A stretch of 63,432 nt of DNA, filler included, from Reticulomyxa filosa (taxonomy: Eukaryota > Protista > Foraminifera): assembly GCA_000512085.1 (NCBI GenBank). It is 19 parts of 19 records of this genome, joined end to end, with 100 filler letters (N's around TTAATTAATTAA, not from the genome) between each part and the next. Parts side by side here need not be neighbours in the genome. Positions count along the whole stretch, not along the records: positions 61,640 to 63,432 come from ASPP01000212.1; 18 more parts are not named here. One strand, given 5' to 3'. The position numbers and the translations under genes were made by a program. The notes under the pieces were generated by a model that made no database searches, was not told where the DNA came from, and saw nothing but the letters and a program-made list of their open reading frames with translations. Positions 61,640 through 63,432 of this stretch are shown here, piece after piece (positions within the stretch are counted from its first letter, which is position 1; each line of letters opens with the position of its first letter).

Positions 61640-63432
61640 ATTATCCTTCTAAATGGGTGTTCAATAATTTATAATTTAAGAAACAGTAGACAAAGAAGGG
61701 ATGGCTTGCCAATGAAACACATTAGTATCAAAATACATTTCTTTAATATCTTTAATAAGTTTTGGAAAGTTGAACTTATAAAATGGATAAAATTGGTCTC
61801 GTTCTGTTGAATTAAGACACAATTGGAAATAAATGTGATTGGTGGATGCATCATGGATGATAAAATGCTCCTGTTTGAATAGTATGGATATTTGCTTTTG
61901 CAACAATGCTTGTTCCACTGCTATTCCATTGTTTATCTCTTCATATGAACCTTTCAATTGTTTTGAAAGTAGTTTCATTAATTTTGAGTGACCGATACAA
62001 TAAATGACTTTTGATGACTGTCTTTTCAAATCATTCTAACTTACTCCCAATAAGAAAGTTTTGCCTTTTTGCAATAATATTTCATCAATGAATTTGATAA
62101 TACTCTCTTCATCAATCAATTTATCTTTTTATTGGATATACGGTTCATTTTTTTAATATCCATTTACAATATTCATTGCATCTAAATATCCTTTATTATT
62201 TTTGTCATTTTTGTGTTTCATAACCAATCCCATGAGATTTTCAAAAAGGAGTTCTCAAAATGGAAGCAATGACAGAACCCTCTCTGGCATTAACACATGC
62301 TCTTTTTTTTAATACAATATCGTGCAATATCCCCTCAATATTTGTTGTTAATTGCCAAATGTAATGCATTATTTATGTCAATGTGAGTTATTCTGCAATA
62401 CAAATTTCAATTGTGACAAATCTCCTGACCGTGCCACTTCATGAAAAACAGTGTAATTACCTTGTATGAATTTTAATTATTTAAATGTCGCAAAATATCA
62501 TTATTCAAGCAGGGATATACAATATCTTCATTATCATAATTCCATTTTGATTGATGATGGTTTGTTATTATAATAATTTATTAATTTATTCAATTCATCC
62601 AAAGTGATATTATCATTATCGTAATTCAATTGAATACAATGATTATATGTTAGCAAACCAAATGCAAACAATTCCATTTCCTCATCGACATTTATTTGTG
62701 TTTATTTGTTTTATCGTATCTCTCTTATTCTCAAACAACATTTTCCAAATAGAATTATCTTGGCTTTCATTTTAATTCTCTTTTAATGCATAAATCGTCA
62801 CACGTCTCCATATATCTTCGAATATTTCATCAATAAATTGTTTACATATATATTTATCTTTTTTACTCTTTCCAGCAAGTATTTCATAAATAAATACATA
62901 ATAATCTTTACCTATGTTTAAAAGGTTTATAAAAACGTCCAATTGCCTCTTATTCAATTTTACTGAAATATTTGTAAGCGATATATTAATAATTGCATTC
63001 TTATCTTTTAATCCATTAATCAATTGTTTAACTTTGTTATGAAGATATTCAATGGATATTAAGACAATGCATATGTAACATCTTTTGATGAATATAATAA
63101 GTTGATGTGGCGAAGAATATAATAATTTCCAAAAATATAATAAACCAGATCCTGATGGATTTTTCTTATTTTCAATATTATTGTACAATAATCAGCCATA
63201 AAGGATCATTACAGCATATTTTGGAGTAATTTTGATTTATATAAACAATTCACCAAATAATAAGCAGCAAGCCATTCTTGAAATTTCAAATGTGGGAAAT
63301 ACACAAAATCCATTGGATGTGATTGATGTATTAATTCTTGTCCTTGTGTAAATCCAATGAATTGATTCAAGACCATTGAGAAATCACTAAAATACAGTAA
63401 GATAAAAAAGAAAGTTGACACCTAAAATGCCA
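61640..63432 (-). pseudogene. NACHT/STAND NTPase family gene, degraded C-terminal part
   Basis: Winged-helix motif 'VYFPHLKFQEWLAAYYLV', then 'LYNNIENKKNPSGSGLLYFWKLL' and helical-repeat-like remnants. Many stops and frameshifts. No Walker A in this contig. Confidence 0.7.

Overview
This window is not contiguous DNA. It is 19 short contigs joined by 18 identical 100-bp artificial spacers (N44-TTAATTAATTAA-N44), so order across spacers carries no linkage information. Eighteen contigs are AT-rich eukaryotic DNA with short GT-AG introns rich in poly-A, poly-T and (TA)n. The WD40 ('MFDTFxSSSKLINTFTGH') and NACHT paralogues match my recollection of the expanded families of the foraminiferan Reticulomyxa filosa, so the organism call is inference. 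Recognisable genes, mostly partial: a PTNQTTT-repeat mucin-like membrane protein, a kinesin-7/CENP-E-like motor with a downstream PH domain, PP2A B56 and PPP2R3C subunits, a UBR1-type E3 ligase, a FIG4-like SAC phosphatase preceded by a LamG-like exon, RhoGAP, GH76, a CEP89-like coiled coil, a MYND finger protein, a TOM1-like VHS-GAT adaptor, a disrupted PA200/PSME4, the FANCM C-terminus, an XK-related membrane protein, asparagine synthetase, an ACAP-type ArfGAP, and WD40 and NACHT paralogues or relics. One contig (24715-26370) is GC-rich bacterial DNA carrying a LysR regulator and a divergent FAD oxidoreductase. The best finding missed by the ORF track is a ~220-230 bp LTR family present in three contigs: a 5' LTR with a tRNA-Lys-like PBS and decayed gag/protease, a solo LTR with a perfect TATT target-site duplication, and a truncated third copy.
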